DNA from: Prochlorococcus sp. AG-469-F22
GTDB taxonomy: Bacteria > Cyanobacteriota > Cyanobacteriia > PCC-6307 > Cyanobiaceae
Assembly: GCA_003211655.1 (NCBI GenBank)
Contig: QCSC01000001.1
Coordinates: 3,967 to 67,966 of the forward strand
DNA: 64,000 nucleotides
Reading direction: 5' to 3'
Of the stretch, positions 9,401-20,917 are shown piece after piece. The stretch's first letter is position 1; the number at the start of each line of letters is the position of its first letter. The translations under genes were made by a program, and so were the position numbers. The notes beneath the pieces were generated by a model. That model saw only the letters and a list, made by a program, of their open reading frames with translations, searched no databases and was not told where the DNA came from.

Positions 9401-9760
9401 TTAGATAAATTTTTTCTTCCCATTAATATATTTATAAATCTTTTGATCTGGATCTATAAATATAGTTTCTCCATTTAATTTTGACTTCTTAAATTTTGAG
9501 AGTCTTGCTCTATGAATATTAGATTTTCTATTTGTAATATCTTCATTATCATAAAGTCCTATATTGATATTAATATCCGGATCTAAAAATGTTTTTTCAT
9601 CATCTCGTGAAAAAATTTTTTCAATATTTGACTCTTTACTAAGAAGTTTTTTTTTAAATTTAGATAACTTATTATTCTTATTTTTTTTTATGTTTGTAAT
9701 TTTATTAATTAGTAAAATCAAAACTAAAGCACAAGCAAAGCCAATTAAATATATATTCAT
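9401..9760 (-). CDS. Hypothetical protein with N-terminal TM helix
   Basis: Hydrophobic N-terminus; HRARL motif. Confidence 0.65.
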   Translation of the reverse strand: MNIYLIGFACALVLILLINKITNIKKNKNNKLSKFKKKLLSKESNIEKIFSRDDEKTFLDPDININIGLYDNEDITNRKSNIHRARLSKFKKSKLNGETIFIDPDQKIYKYINGKKKFI

Positions 9761-9951
9761 CTAATTTTAATTTTAAAATCAAAACCTAAATTGCTTTTAG
9801 TGGTTAATATTTCCTTTTTAAAAATCCCATAGGTAAAAATTCCAGATAAAGTTTTTAGAGATTCAAAAACCAAAAAAGAGATTAACAAGAAGAAAATCAT
9901 AATTGAATCAACAAGATAACTTCTTTTTTTATTTAACAAATTATTCATCAA
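9757..9951 (-). CDS. Small hypothetical membrane protein
   Basis: Coupled (ATGA-like overlap) to 9401-9760; one hydrophobic helix. Confidence 0.45.
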   Translation of the reverse strand: MMNNLLNKKRSYLVDSIMIFFLLISFLVFESLKTLSGIFTYGIFKKEILTTKSNLGFDFKIKIR

Positions 9952-9959
9952 AAATTTAC

Positions 9960-10832
9960 CTAACTATAGTTGTTACCATTTTTATATGGTCCAAAATGTT
10001 CACTACAATTTCTACCCATTATTTTAGCAAGATTTAAACTTTCTTCTATATTCCAATTGGAGGACATTCCATAAAGGATTCCAGCTGCGAAAGAATCTCC
10101 ACATCCATATGAGTCAACCTTATTTTTTTTAGTTTTAATAGCTTTATATCTACCTCCTGGAAATACTACCCCACCATTCTCACCTTCTGTTTTAAAAACA
10201 TATTTTGGGTTTAATTTTAATTCATCTAAAGAAAAAACTTCTCCAGGATCAAGATTACTTCCAATTAATCCATCTAAAAATATCCCGGATTCATTAATTA
10301 TATTTAATCCTACTCTGGGCGTGGTACATAATGTTTTAGCTACCCTCGATTTTTTAAATAATTCTTTATCGCCTGCCGTAATAAAAACTCCATCCATCTC
10401 ATTAAGGATAGCCCAATCTAAATCATCAATATGATTAGGAGACAATCTATCTCCAATAATAGTGATAGATCTTTCACCATCAGAGTCAATTACACTGAAA
10501 CCTTTTCTTGTTGGTTTATCTCGCCATCCTACATGTAATTTAATACCCATATTTTCAAGAATATTTAAACATTGCTTACCATGAAAATCATTCCCTAAAG
10601 CTGTAAAGAAATGGACTTCGCTGTTCGTTAATTCCCTTAGTCTTTTAGCTATTACTGATCCTCCCCCGGCAGGATATTCTAAAGATTTTTTAGAATGAGA
10701 GATTAAACCTGGTTGAGGTAATTGATCTACTTCAATAAAATTTATCCACTCGATATGTCCAATTACAGCAAATTTTAAATTCCCTTTTATAAATTTAAAA
10801 TCCTGAACTTTATTTTTTCCTACTTCAATCAT
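9960..10832 (-). CDS. PfkB family carbohydrate kinase (start reassigned to Met at 10832)
   Basis: PAGGG, LGNDFHG, DSYGCGDSFAAG signatures; the longer ORF start overlaps the divergent gene. Confidence 0.88.
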   Translation of the reverse strand: MIEVGKNKVQDFKFIKGNLKFAVIGHIEWINFIEVDQLPQPGLISHSKKSLEYPAGGGSVIAKRLRELTNSEVHFFTALGNDFHGKQCLNILENMGIKLHVGWRDKPTRKGFSVIDSDGERSITIIGDRLSPNHIDDLDWAILNEMDGVFITAGDKELFKKSRVAKTLCTTPRVGLNIINESGIFLDGLIGSNLDPGEVFSLDELKLNPKYVFKTEGENGGVVFPGGRYKAIKTKKNKVDSYGCGDSFAAGILYGMSSNWNIEESLNLAKIMGRNCSEHFGPYKNGNNYS

Positions 10833-10873
10833 AATTATATAAATACTATCATTAGGATATATATCATTTTCAT

Positions 10874-11242
10874 ATGGATTCATTAAACATACTAAAAGAT
10901 AATAGACAAAAACTATCGTATCTTTACCTTTTTCTATCAATCCTTGGGGCAATCCTTACCATGATGGCAAATTTTGATTTTGCTATTGAATATGGAAATA
11001 GTTTTGACATTAAAAATTTTATTTCATTAGCAAATTCCAATCCAGCAGCTCAATCCATTTCAAGAGATTTATTGGTTGGAGCTACTGCAGTTTTTATTTG
11101 GATAGTAAATGAATCTAAAAAATTGAATATAAAAAATATGTGGGTTGTTTACATTGGAACTTTTTTAATAGCATTTGCTTTCTCTGCTCCTTTTTTCTTA
11201 TTTCTTAGAGAAAGAAGAATAATTGAAATAGAAAAAAAATAA
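10874..11242 (+). CDS. DUF2834-like membrane protein
   Basis: ANSNPAAQS...DLL; IAFAFSAPFFLFLRER. Confidence 0.75.
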   Translation: MDSLNILKDNRQKLSYLYLFLSILGAILTMMANFDFAIEYGNSFDIKNFISLANSNPAAQSISRDLLVGATAVFIWIVNESKKLNIKNMWVVYIGTFLIAFAFSAPFFLFLRERRIIEIEKK

Positions 11243-11262
11243 ATATTATTTATATAAAAATT

Positions 11263-12492
11263 TTAAAATGATTTCTTAAATATCATCGCAAACATTAAAA
11301 AGCAAATAAATGAAATAGCTACCCACATAATTGATGCATAACCAAAAAGATCTAGCACCCTCCCAGAAATAAATGGCCCAAAAAAATATCCCATTGCAAA
11401 ACATTGTGATAACAGTGCTAGTGCATAACCTTTTTTATTTGAAGGGGCAATACTGAAAACAACATCTGTAGATGTTGGTAGGAAGGAGGATGTGCCAAAA
11501 CTTATTAAGACAATTGCAAAAAACACTAAATAAAAAGCTGCAATATTTAGATAACTAGAAATAAATAACAAAAGTGAGGCGAAAGAAAAGTTGATTAAGC
11601 TAAATTTCAAGCCAAATAATTTTCCCTTTTTTGATATCCATGCACCAATTGGCCATTGTAAAATTAATAATAAAATCAACTGAAAAGAAATGATAAAACT
11701 AATAACTTGTTCATTTAAGACATCTCTTATAACTCCACCCTTAACAAGATCAAGTGGTAACGTCACCTGAATTAAAGCAAGAGATGTAGTTATAAATATT
11801 ACAGATAAAACTATTATGGTTGTATTTTTGTTCCACCTCTCTTGATAGATTTTAAGATGATCTAAAGCCTTTTTTTGAGAGTTCTCTAAAGTTGTATTTA
11901 TTGACTTTTTATTTCTTAAAATCAAAAAAATAATTGAAAGCATACAAAATATATCATTTATAAAAATCGATTTGAGATAAATAAAATTATTCATCAATCC
12001 ACCAATCAATACTCCTAAAAATATTCCCAAAGCCTCAGAAGTTCTCACCAGGGCATAAGCTTTTCTTGTATCAATAGGTTTACAAAAATATGGGACTACA
12101 AATTCTGCAGTAGGCCAATATATCCCCGCGGCTGCTCCAATAAAAGCTTGACCCAGGATGTAAGAGTAAGTATCTTTTGAAATAATTAAACAAAATCCTG
12201 CAGCAATACTTATGAATGAAGAGATGACTAAAGGACTATGAATTTTGCCTGTTTTATTTAGGTAATTACCAGTAATGATTCTTGTTAAAGTACCTATGAT
12301 TGCTGATATCGTAAAACCTAGACCAATTTCTGTTGCTGACAATCCAATATTATTGAAAATAAGGGATGTTAAATAAATCACGCCTCCTGCTCCAAATGAA
12401 GCAAAAAATCTTATTTTAGTAATTAACCTTAAATGAAAGGGAAATTGACTCCACCAAAGTTTACTTGTAAGAAATTTATTCGGAATAAACAC
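11263..12492 (-). CDS. MFS transporter
   Basis: About 12 hydrophobic segments, 409 aa. Confidence 0.85.
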   Translation of the reverse strand: MFIPNKFLTSKLWWSQFPFHLRLITKIRFFASFGAGGVIYLTSLIFNNIGLSATEIGLGFTISAIIGTLTRIITGNYLNKTGKIHSPLVISSFISIAAGFCLIISKDTYSYILGQAFIGAAAGIYWPTAEFVVPYFCKPIDTRKAYALVRTSEALGIFLGVLIGGLMNNFIYLKSIFINDIFCMLSIIFLILRNKKSINTTLENSQKKALDHLKIYQERWNKNTTIIVLSVIFITTSLALIQVTLPLDLVKGGVIRDVLNEQVISFIISFQLILLLILQWPIGAWISKKGKLFGLKFSLINFSFASLLLFISSYLNIAAFYLVFFAIVLISFGTSSFLPTSTDVVFSIAPSNKKGYALALLSQCFAMGYFFGPFISGRVLDLFGYASIMWVAISFICFLMFAMIFKKSF

Positions 12493-12494
12493 AA

Positions 12495-14057
12495 TTGAAA
12501 TTCATTTTTATACTTTTTTTAAGTTTCTTTAGTTTTTGTTCAGCAAAAGATGTAATAGCGGCTGAAAAGATAAATATCAAGTTCGAAGAGATGTCAATCC
12601 CTTTAACTATAGATCAGTTATTAAATTTAGAGAATTATAAGGATGATTCTACAGAAGTAATAGACTGGTTTAAGCAAAATGGATTTTTAAAAGTATTTGA
12701 GATATCAAAATTTTTAGAATTCCCAGTATTTAAAGAAGAAAGTTTAAACAGGCAAGTATTAAGAAGTTGGGTAGGTATAAAGATTCTTTCAGAATTAAGT
12801 AATACTATTTTGGTTCCCAATGACAAAGATGGTATTAAGGTTTTTAATACAATAGAAAGTTTGTTGGAAGTTAAAAATGAAGTTTCTACTTTGGACATTC
12901 TAAAGGCTTTACCTTCAGAAGAAATTTCATTAGATATTGATAATTTAATTTTAATAATTTCTTCATGGAAAAAGGAATTAGCAAAGCAACAAATTCTAAA
13001 CCTAAAATTAAATTCTTTAGAAAAAACCAATAACTCTTTTTTTAAGAAAAAAGTACATAAAGATGATTCAGATCTTATAAAAATAAATAAGAAAATTTAT
13101 TCGACTCATAGAGGTGAGCCTTTAAAAATTGAATTATGGAAAAATAAGAAGACCAAATCAAATAAAGATCTAGTTATTTTCATGCCAGGACTTGGAGGAA
13201 ATATTGATAATTTCAGATGGATTGGCATTGAATTAAGTAAGAGAGGTTGGCCCGTAGTATTAATTGACCATGAAGGAAGTAATTCAGAGGCTTTTTTAGA
13301 AGTTCTCGAAGGTACTAATTCAATTCCAACTAGTGCTGACTTTTTCTTATACCGTATTAAAGATTTAGATACAGTAATAAAAGCGCATAATAATGGAAAA
13401 TTAGGATTAGCCAACGATTCCTATATTTTAATGGGACATTCATTAGGAGCTTTAATAGCTTTTTTATATGAAGGTGATTTACCTAAAGATGACTTTGAAG
13501 AAAGATGTGATTTAGCTTTAAAAGACTTTGCGATAACAAATTTATCAAAATTACTCCAATGTCAATTAAACGAAATTCCATTACCCGAAATAATCAATTC
13601 AAAGAAGGCAAATGGAATCATAGGATTTAATTCATTTGGCAGCTTAATCTGGCCAAATGAAAAAAATTCTGGGATTGAGATTCCAGTATTGTTAATTGGA
13701 GGAACTTATGATCTTATAACTCCCTTAATAAGTGAGCAATTCAAAGTATTTTTATCTACGACTAATAATCCTTTAAATAGATTCTTGATTATTGAGGGAT
13801 CAAGTCATTTTTCACCAATAAGAATCAATGTTAAGTATTCAGAAAATATCGAAAATAATGATATTTTTAAAATCAATAAATCTTTTATTGGATCTAATCC
13901 TTACTCTTTTCAAAATTTATCTTTAAAAGTTATCGTAGAGTTTTTAGATAATATAAAAAACAATGAAAGCATTAAAATTATAAAAAATCAAACTGAAAGC
14001 AATCTTGATTTTCATCTTTTAGATAGAAAGACTTTAAAAGCAATAATCAAAAATTAG
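12495..14057 (+). CDS. Alpha/beta hydrolase with DUF1400-type N-terminus
   Basis: AAEKI N-terminus, PGLGG, GHSLG nucleophile elbow, HFS. Confidence 0.85.
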   Translation: MKFIFILFLSFFSFCSAKDVIAAEKINIKFEEMSIPLTIDQLLNLENYKDDSTEVIDWFKQNGFLKVFEISKFLEFPVFKEESLNRQVLRSWVGIKILSELSNTILVPNDKDGIKVFNTIESLLEVKNEVSTLDILKALPSEEISLDIDNLILIISSWKKELAKQQILNLKLNSLEKTNNSFFKKKVHKDDSDLIKINKKIYSTHRGEPLKIELWKNKKTKSNKDLVIFMPGLGGNIDNFRWIGIELSKRGWPVVLIDHEGSNSEAFLEVLEGTNSIPTSADFFLYRIKDLDTVIKAHNNGKLGLANDSYILMGHSLGALIAFLYEGDLPKDDFEERCDLALKDFAITNLSKLLQCQLNEIPLPEIINSKKANGIIGFNSFGSLIWPNEKNSGIEIPVLLIGGTYDLITPLISEQFKVFLSTTNNPLNRFLIIEGSSHFSPIRINVKYSENIENNDIFKINKSFIGSNPYSFQNLSLKVIVEFLDNIKNNESIKIIKNQTESNLDFHLLDRKTLKAIIKN

Positions 14058-15094
14058 TATTCAATTCGAGGATCTAATATAGCAATTAAAATATCCACAA
14101 AAAGATTTAATGAGACTATTAGTAAAGAGGTGACAATTACAATTCCTTGAACAACAGTATAATCCCGTTGGGAAATAGCTTCATGTAACTTTAAAGCTAT
14201 CCCTGGCCATGAAAAAATAACTTCAAAAAGAAGCGCTCCTCCTGCTAAAGAAGCTATTGTTAAGCCTGAAATCGTAACAATAGGCAAAAGTGCATTAGGT
14301 AAAGAGTGATTAAAGATAATTTTCCTTCTTGAAATTCCTCTACATAAAGCTGCATTTACGTAATCACTTTTTAGTGTCTTGTCTAAATTTATTCTTAAAG
14401 ATCTACTAAAAATTCCGCTCAAAAGAAACCCAAGAGTTATTGAAGGAAGCGCAAGATGATATAAGCTTTCTCTTAAATAGATAAGATTATTATTTAGAAG
14501 ACTATCTAAAACTAGAAAGCCTGTAATTTTAGGTTGGCTATAAGTGATTGGGAACCTCCCACCAATTGGAAAAATTCTAAAATATACCGAAAAAATTAAT
14601 TGAGCTAAAATTGCCCCCCAGAAAGGTGGGATTGCATATGAAGAGATTCCTATTACTCTAGCAATGTAGTCTCCTTTTTTTCCTTTATTTTTTAAACCAA
14701 AAAAACCAAGAGGAAAGCCTATAAAGATTGCAAAGAATATTGAAAAGATACCTAGTTCTAAACTCGCTGGTAATGATTTAAGAATAATATCAAGAACCGG
14801 TTCTTGAGTACTTAAAGATTCTCCAAAATTGAAGTGCAAAATATTATTAATGTAAGAAAGATATTGACTAAGAAGAGATTCATTTAACCCTAATTTATTT
14901 CTAAGAATTTCTCTTGAAGCTTCATTAGCTCCAGATCCTAAAATTGCGTCAACTGGGTCTCCTGGCGCAACTCTCAACAAAATAAAAACCAATGTAGATA
15001 TAATCCACAACATTAAAGGTATTAAAGAAATCTTTAATAAAGCATAATTTAAAAGTTTATTAAGATCTCTACTCATTAATGAATTTGAGATCAC
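14054..15094 (-). CDS. dppB: Peptide ABC transporter permease
   Basis: APGDPV, EAA-like motif, QRDY.VVQG, LDPRI. Confidence 0.9.
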   Translation of the reverse strand: MISNSLMSRDLNKLLNYALLKISLIPLMLWIISTLVFILLRVAPGDPVDAILGSGANEASREILRNKLGLNESLLSQYLSYINNILHFNFGESLSTQEPVLDIILKSLPASLELGIFSIFFAIFIGFPLGFFGLKNKGKKGDYIARVIGISSYAIPPFWGAILAQLIFSVYFRIFPIGGRFPITYSQPKITGFLVLDSLLNNNLIYLRESLYHLALPSITLGFLLSGIFSRSLRINLDKTLKSDYVNAALCRGISRRKIIFNHSLPNALLPIVTISGLTIASLAGGALLFEVIFSWPGIALKLHEAISQRDYTVVQGIVIVTSLLIVSLNLFVDILIAILDPRIEY

Positions 15095-16640
15095 TCATTA
15101 AAATAATTCCTGCACCATTAAAAATAGGTTTTGAAATTTCATTTTGCGACCATGCTTTTTGAGATGAAATCCATATTGGAATATAAGGTATTGATTCTGA
15201 AGCTATTTTCTCTATTTCAATTAATTTCGCTAATCTTTCTTTACCGTTTAAATTTTCGCTATCAAGAAATAAATCTTCTACTGTATTTGATCCCCAAAAA
15301 CTTCCGCTGTAAACTGATTCTCCTTTTTTACAGTTTTTACCATCTATTTCACTGCAACTTAGAAGGGGTGTTAAATATGCCTCGGGGTCAGAATAAGCAC
15401 CCGTCCAATCAAGAATAACCGCTGTATATATTCCTAAATTTAGGTTCTTATAAATAGTTGTGGACTCTACTGCGTTGAGTTTAATATTAATACATTCATT
15501 CAAAATATTTTTTATTTGTTCTTGCCAAGAAAGAGCAATTAGTTTATCAGCAGGTACGTTAGATCTATAAGTAAGAGGAAAATCTAAAACATTACCATTG
15601 CAGTAACCCTCTTTTTTTAGTAAAACTTTTGCTTCTAATGGATCATATTTTGGCCATAATTCATTCTTATTTTTTTTATAAATTGGTGGCACAAGTGATC
15701 TTGAGGGTTGCCTTAATCCATAACTAACCTTTTCGCTAATGAAGTCCCTATTAAGACTTTTAGCTATAGCCAACCTTACATTAAGATTATTTAAGGGATA
15801 AGAATTTGTTCTTAGACTAATAAAACTTATTTCTGTAGCAGGACTCTTTCCTTCTTTAATTTCTTTGTTTTTGCTTAATAAATTTAAATTATTTCTTTGA
15901 ATATCATCGATTGAATTTGATAAAAGAACATCAATTTGTTTACTTTTAAGAGCTCCGAAAAGAGAAGAAGAGTTGGAATATCCAATAAAACTAATACCTT
16001 CATTATTAGGTTTATCACTCCAATAATTTAAATTTGGATCAATTATTTGAATTTCATTTGAAAATCTCTTCAATATATATTTACCTGTACCAACAAATTT
16101 ATCATTTAAAAATTTATCAGAATAATCTTTATAATAAGTAGGTGAAATAGGTGTCAAATTTATAGATGTAAGTAAACCATTAACAGAGCTTGATGGTTTA
16201 TTTAGATTAATGATTACTTTATATTCGCTTGGGGTTTCTATAGATTTTATTTTATTCCCCAAGATATAATTCATTGTTCCAATTCTTTTGAATCTATCAA
16301 AAGAAAACTTTATAGCATTTGAATTAAATAAAGTTCCATCATGAAAAAGAACATTTTTTTTTAGATTAATTTTTATTTGTAATTTATCTTTTGAAAAAAT
16401 TGGCATTCCTGATGCTAATTCAGGAATCAATTCTCCTTCAGAATTTAATTCATATAAAGTATCACCAAGCGAACTTAATAATTGTAGTGATTTAAGAGTA
16501 CTTGCCCTAGCTGGATCTAAGGATTCAATTTTACCTGAACTTGCAACTATAATTCTTTTGGATTTATTATTAGAAACGCAAGAATATTGTGATAAAGAAA
16601 TCAAAAAAACGAATAAAGCTATTAAAAAATTATTGTGCAT
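15069..16640 (-). CDS. dppA: Peptide ABC transporter substrate-binding protein
   Basis: SLDPA, PELA, FHDGT, GTGKY family-5 SBP motifs. Confidence 0.88.
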   Translation of the reverse strand: MHNNFLIALFVFLISLSQYSCVSNNKSKRIIVASSGKIESLDPARASTLKSLQLLSSLGDTLYELNSEGELIPELASGMPIFSKDKLQIKINLKKNVLFHDGTLFNSNAIKFSFDRFKRIGTMNYILGNKIKSIETPSEYKVIINLNKPSSSVNGLLTSINLTPISPTYYKDYSDKFLNDKFVGTGKYILKRFSNEIQIIDPNLNYWSDKPNNEGISFIGYSNSSSLFGALKSKQIDVLLSNSIDDIQRNNLNLLSKNKEIKEGKSPATEISFISLRTNSYPLNNLNVRLAIAKSLNRDFISEKVSYGLRQPSRSLVPPIYKKNKNELWPKYDPLEAKVLLKKEGYCNGNVLDFPLTYRSNVPADKLIALSWQEQIKNILNECINIKLNAVESTTIYKNLNLGIYTAVILDWTGAYSDPEAYLTPLLSCSEIDGKNCKKGESVYSGSFWGSNTVEDLFLDSENLNGKERLAKLIEIEKIASESIPYIPIWISSQKAWSQNEISKPIFNGAGIILMSDLKFINE

Positions 16641-16661
16641 AACATTTGATTTTTCAGAAAT

Positions 16662-16922
16662 TTACTTTTCATTACAAGTATCAGAGCAATAGGTTTGTAT
16701 TGTAATTTGATTAATTTCCAAGGAGAACGTCTTATTAACTTCCAAAGCGAAGGGCCACTCTCTTATCCAACAAACTTTACTCTCTGGATTAATTCCTACA
16801 ACCTGAAATGTCTTTTGACTATTTTTAATTTTCACACACGCGCCTTTATAGAGGTTTTTACAACTGTTATTAGGATTAAATTTAAAATTATTTTTAATTT
16901 CTACTAATTTTGAAAAACTCAT
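16662..16922 (-). CDS. Conserved hypothetical protein
   Basis: FQVVGI...CWIREWP motif; co-oriented in operon. Confidence 0.65.
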   Translation of the reverse strand: MSFSKLVEIKNNFKFNPNNSCKNLYKGACVKIKNSQKTFQVVGINPESKVCWIREWPFALEVNKTFSLEINQITIQTYCSDTCNEK

Positions 16923-16984
16923 TACATAAATACAATTCCTCTCTTTGGTTTAACAAGCTAAAGAGGGATATGCAAATGTTTTTT

Positions 16985-18286
16985 TCAAATACAACTTAAT
17001 TGACTAGCAATTAATTCAACTTCAGAAAGAGCATTTATTTCCTTCTTTGATTTTTCAAATTTACCATTTGAGACTTCGTGTGTGATAACAACTATTTCTG
17101 CTTTATTTTCACTTGCATCTAATTGGACAATTGATTCTATTGATACATCATTCTTACCAAAGAGATCTCCAATCTTACCAATCACTCCTGGACTATCTAA
17201 ACAAATAATTCTGAGATAATTCTTTTTTGATATTTGATTAGAATCAATGATATGACAGTCTCTCCAAAAATTAAAAGATAATAATGGATCAATGGATTTC
17301 ATATCCTTTGTTAATGAAGACTGGAGATTTAAAATATCAGAAACAACAGAAGCAGCGGTTGGTCCACTTCCCGCACCTGGTCCGTACAACATTATTTCCC
17401 CTAGAGGATCAGCATCTATAAGGATGGCATTATTCACACCATCAACCGTTGCCAAAGGATGAGATTTGGGGATTAAAGAAGGACCTACCCAAATATTTAG
17501 GGAAAGAGAATCATTAATTTTGATGGCATTTCTTTCAGAAAAGGCTAAAAGTTTTATTTCAAAACCTAGTTTATTTGCATATTCAATATCTTTAATATCT
17601 ATTTGATTTATACCCTCTGTACTAATTGAATCTCTATTAATTTTACCTCCAAATGCGAGTTCAGAAAGAATTAGAATCTTATCAGCAGCATCGTGTCCTT
17701 CAACATCAGCAGTTGGATCAAATTCTGCGAAACCAAGTTTCTGAGCTAATTGTAATGTTGCCTTATAGTCAGCTTTTTCATTTGACATTTTTGTAAGTAT
17801 AAAATTTGTTGTACCGTTTATTATCCCAACCATTTTATTTATTTGATTACTTTTAAGAGATCTTTTTAAAGGTTCAATTATTGGAATACCTCCACATACT
17901 GCTGCTTCTGTTAAAACATAGACTCCATTCTTAGCAGCTGCGGTATATATTTCACACCCATATCTTGCAATTACGGCTTTATTAGCTGTAACTACTGATT
18001 TTCGAGCCTTTAAAGACTTCAGAATAATATCCTTGGCTATATCTGTACCTCCCATTACTTCTACAATAACGTCAACATTTGGATCTTTAATTAATTCATA
18101 AGGATCATTTATTAATAGATTATTTTCTAAATTAATGTCCCTTTTTTTATTGATATTTTTAACAGCTATTCCTACGATTTCTATATCTTTTAAAATTGGA
18201 TGTAGGTCATTTGTCGATTTTAGGATTTTATAAATACCTTTTCCTACAGTTCCAAAACCAATAATTCCAATTTTACATTTTTGCAT
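16985..18286 (-). CDS. thrA: Homoserine dehydrogenase with ACT domain
   Basis: GFGTVG, VVTANK, GIINGTTNFIL, DPTADVEG, GPGAG; C-terminal ACT. Confidence 0.95.
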   Translation of the reverse strand: MQKCKIGIIGFGTVGKGIYKILKSTNDLHPILKDIEIVGIAVKNINKKRDINLENNLLINDPYELIKDPNVDVIVEVMGGTDIAKDIILKSLKARKSVVTANKAVIARYGCEIYTAAAKNGVYVLTEAAVCGGIPIIEPLKRSLKSNQINKMVGIINGTTNFILTKMSNEKADYKATLQLAQKLGFAEFDPTADVEGHDAADKILILSELAFGGKINRDSISTEGINQIDIKDIEYANKLGFEIKLLAFSERNAIKINDSLSLNIWVGPSLIPKSHPLATVDGVNNAILIDADPLGEIMLYGPGAGSGPTAASVVSDILNLQSSLTKDMKSIDPLLSFNFWRDCHIIDSNQISKKNYLRIICLDSPGVIGKIGDLFGKNDVSIESIVQLDASENKAEIVVITHEVSNGKFEKSKKEINALSEVELIASQLSCI

Positions 18287-18320
18287 TAGTTAACTTTATT
18301 GTAATTTCCATTTTATAATA

Positions 18321-18746
18321 TTATTTCGACAAAAAATCATTTGCCTGAGATTGCATTTTTAAGAGAATATTTAAAAAACCATTTGATCTTGATGGGGTTA
18401 GACTTGCCTTTAGACCAGTATCTTCTATAAATTTATTGTTTATATTAACGACTTCTTTTGGCGTTAATTCATTCATTCCATTGATAAGGAATGCAAGTAA
18501 CCCCTTTGTTATCAAAGCATCAGAATAGCCTTCCCAATAAAGTTTACCTTCTTGAAAACTTGCTTTAACAAAGACTTCAGAAACACATCCTTGAACTTTA
18601 TTTTCGGGAATTAAGATGCTATTATTTGGAACTTTTAATTTTTTACCTAACCATAAAATAAACTCATATTTTCTTTTGGGATCCTCTGCGTTTTTCAGTT
18701 TCTCAACTAATTTATGTAATTCAATATAAGTTTCTTTCATTTCCAT
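18321..18746 (-). CDS. sufE: SufE family Fe-S metabolism protein
   Basis: VQGCVSEV, SDALITKGL, LTPSRSNG. Confidence 0.92.
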   Translation of the reverse strand: MEMKETYIELHKLVEKLKNAEDPKRKYEFILWLGKKLKVPNNSILIPENKVQGCVSEVFVKASFQEGKLYWEGYSDALITKGLLAFLINGMNELTPKEVVNINNKFIEDTGLKASLTPSRSNGFLNILLKMQSQANDFLSK

Positions 18747-18783
18747 TGTTATAAAAGTATTAAATAAATAAATTAGATATACA

Positions 18784-19341
18784 CTATACTAATATTTCTT
18801 TTTCCGTAATAAAACCTGATAGAGGGATATCCCAATCAGCTCTAGTCAAAAATTTATCGCTTACACAATTAGAGGTTAAGATACCAATACATGGAATAGA
18901 TCTCCAATTTTCATCTTCCCTTAATTTATCAAAATATCCTCCACCGTATCCTAATCTTATTAAGTTTCTATCAACGGAAAGACACGGAATAAATATCATA
19001 CTAATTTTTTCATAACTTAATTTATTTGAAGAATAAGGAGCCAGTATCCCATGTAAATCTTTAGATAATTGTTTCTTATCCCAGGCACAAAATAAGAGAT
19101 TTTTGTTTTCTTGACATCTCGGCAAAGCTAATAAATATTCATGACCAAGACTTCTTAAATCAACTTCATTTTCAAGAGGCCAATAAATTCCTATATACTT
19201 TTTTTTTAAATCTTTTCTAAAAATTGAATCAACATATGTTTTAACATTGATTTCAACTTTTCTCATATCAATAGCTGAACTTTTATTTCTCAAGTTTCTA
19301 AAAAATTTCCTTTCGAAATTCTTTTTTTCTGAGATAATCAT
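18784..19341 (-). CDS. 5-formyltetrahydrofolate cyclo-ligase
   Basis: RLGYGGGYFD; WD.P motif. Confidence 0.9.
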   Translation of the reverse strand: MIISEKKNFERKFFRNLRNKSSAIDMRKVEINVKTYVDSIFRKDLKKKYIGIYWPLENEVDLRSLGHEYLLALPRCQENKNLLFCAWDKKQLSKDLHGILAPYSSNKLSYEKISMIFIPCLSVDRNLIRLGYGGGYFDKLREDENWRSIPCIGILTSNCVSDKFLTRADWDIPLSGFITEKEILV

Positions 19342-19350
19342 AATTTATAT

Positions 19351-19824
19351 TTAATTAAATCCTTCTTCATTTAATTTTGTAAGGGCTATGGCTAGTGCGT
19401 CTGCCGAGTCATCAGGTTTTGGTGTACAGGTTAAATTTAGGTTGTACATTACCGCTTCAATAACTTCCTTCTTTGATGCTTTGCCAGAGCCTGCGATAGT
19501 AAGCTTGACTTGAGAAGGGGCGTACTCACTAACTTTAATGCTTTTGGAAGCAAATACCATCATAATAACTCCCCGAGCCTGAACAACGCTAATGGTAGTG
19601 CTAGATCTATAAAAGAAAAATTTCTCTACCGCAGCAATATCAGGTTTCCACTGATCAATCAATGTATTGAGATCATTAAAAATTTCATAAAGTCTATCTC
19701 CTTCCTCTTTATTTTTATTAGTTTCAATTACCCCGCAATCAAGAAATATCTTCTTTTCATTTTGAATCTCAATAATTCCATATCCAACTCTTCCTAATCC
19801 AGGATCAATTCCAATAATCCTCAC
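19351..19824 (-). CDS. ruvC: Holliday junction resolvase (start reassigned to GTG at 19824)
   Basis: [27 protein letters not shown]. Confidence 0.93.
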   Translation of the reverse strand: MRIIGIDPGLGRVGYGIIEIQNEKKIFLDCGVIETNKNKEEGDRLYEIFNDLNTLIDQWKPDIAAVEKFFFYRSSTTISVVQARGVIMMVFASKSIKVSEYAPSQVKLTIAGSGKASKKEVIEAVMYNLNLTCTPKPDDSADALAIALTKLNEEGFN

Positions 19825-19828
19825 TTTA

Positions 19829-20917
19829 TTATTCTTGTGATGATAATTGAAATTTGGAAAGGTCTTCTTTTTCATTCAAATCGAAGACTTTACAGAATGC
19901 TTGAATGACTCTTTCTCCTGAATCAACTTGTTCTAAGGGATCTTTTCTTAATCGATGCCTTAAAGAACATGTAATTACTCTAGAGATATCTTCTTCTTGC
20001 ACTTCAGTTCTTCCCTCAAATGCAGCAATTGCCCTTGCAGATCGATTAGTTACAATATCTCCTCTTAATCCATCAACATCAAGTTCGCCACATATAGAAG
20101 ATATATTTAATCTAAGATCATCATCCAATTGAACTGAATTTAATATCTCTTGAGCTTTGATAACTTTTTGCTGAAGGTCATCTTGCTGTTTCTCAACACT
20201 TATTGAGAATTCATCGGGATTATCATCAAATGAGGTTCGCTGATCAACAACTTTAACCCTTAATTCTGCATCTCTTACTGTCTTAACCTCAACGCTCATA
20301 CCAAACCTATCTAATAACTGAGGCCTAAGTTCTCCTTCTTCTGGATTGCCAGAGCCAATTAAAACAAATCTAGCAGGATGTCTAACTGAAACTCCCTCTC
20401 TCTCAACTGTATTCCATCCAGATGCGGCGGAATCTAAAAGAACATCAACTAAATGATCGTCGAGTAGATTAACTTCGTCTACGTATAACAAGCCTCTATT
20501 AGCTTTTGCTAATAAGCCTGGTTCAAAGGCCTTAATTCCTTCGCTTAAAGCCTTTTCTATATCTATAGTTCCGCACAGTCTGTCTTCTGTTGCCCCCAAT
20601 GGCAAATCAACCATTGGAACTTGTTTTTTATCTTTCTCCAAACTTTCTCCCTGTACAATTTTCTCTAAAACTTCTTTACTCTGTAAATCAGGATCTATAA
20701 GTGAACTATTATATGGATCATCTTTAACAACATCTATAGCTGGTAACAAGTCTGCTAAAGCTCTTATAGTTGTAGATTTACCAGTTCCTCTGTCACCCAT
20801 AATCATTACTCCTCCAATTCTTGGATCTATAACATTTAATAAAAGAGCTAATTTCATTTCTTCTTGACCAATTACAGCAGTAAAAGGAAAAACTCTTCTT
20901 TTCTTTGTTGTATTCAC
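19829..20917 (-). CDS. chlI: Magnesium chelatase subunit I
   Basis: [34 protein letters not shown]. Confidence 0.97.
   Translation of the reverse strand: MNTTKKRRVFPFTAVIGQEEMKLALLLNVIDPRIGGVMIMGDRGTGKSTTIRALADLLPAIDVVKDDPYNSSLIDPDLQSKEVLEKIVQGESLEKDKKQVPMVDLPLGATEDRLCGTIDIEKALSEGIKAFEPGLLAKANRGLLYVDEVNLLDDHLVDVLLDSAASGWNTVEREGVSVRHPARFVLIGSGNPEEGELRPQLLDRFGMSVEVKTVRDAELRVKVVDQRTSFDDNPDEFSISVEKQQDDLQQKVIKAQEILNSVQLDDDLRLNISSICGELDVDGLRGDIVTNRSARAIAAFEGRTEVQEEDISRVITCSLRHRLRKDPLEQVDSGERVIQAFCKVFDLNEKEDLSKFQLSSQE

Noticed and set aside
12480-12500. Head-to-head MFS and hydrolase starts only 2 bp apart
   Set aside because: Both use uncertain GTG/TTG starts, and tight divergent packing is ordinary in streamlined genomes
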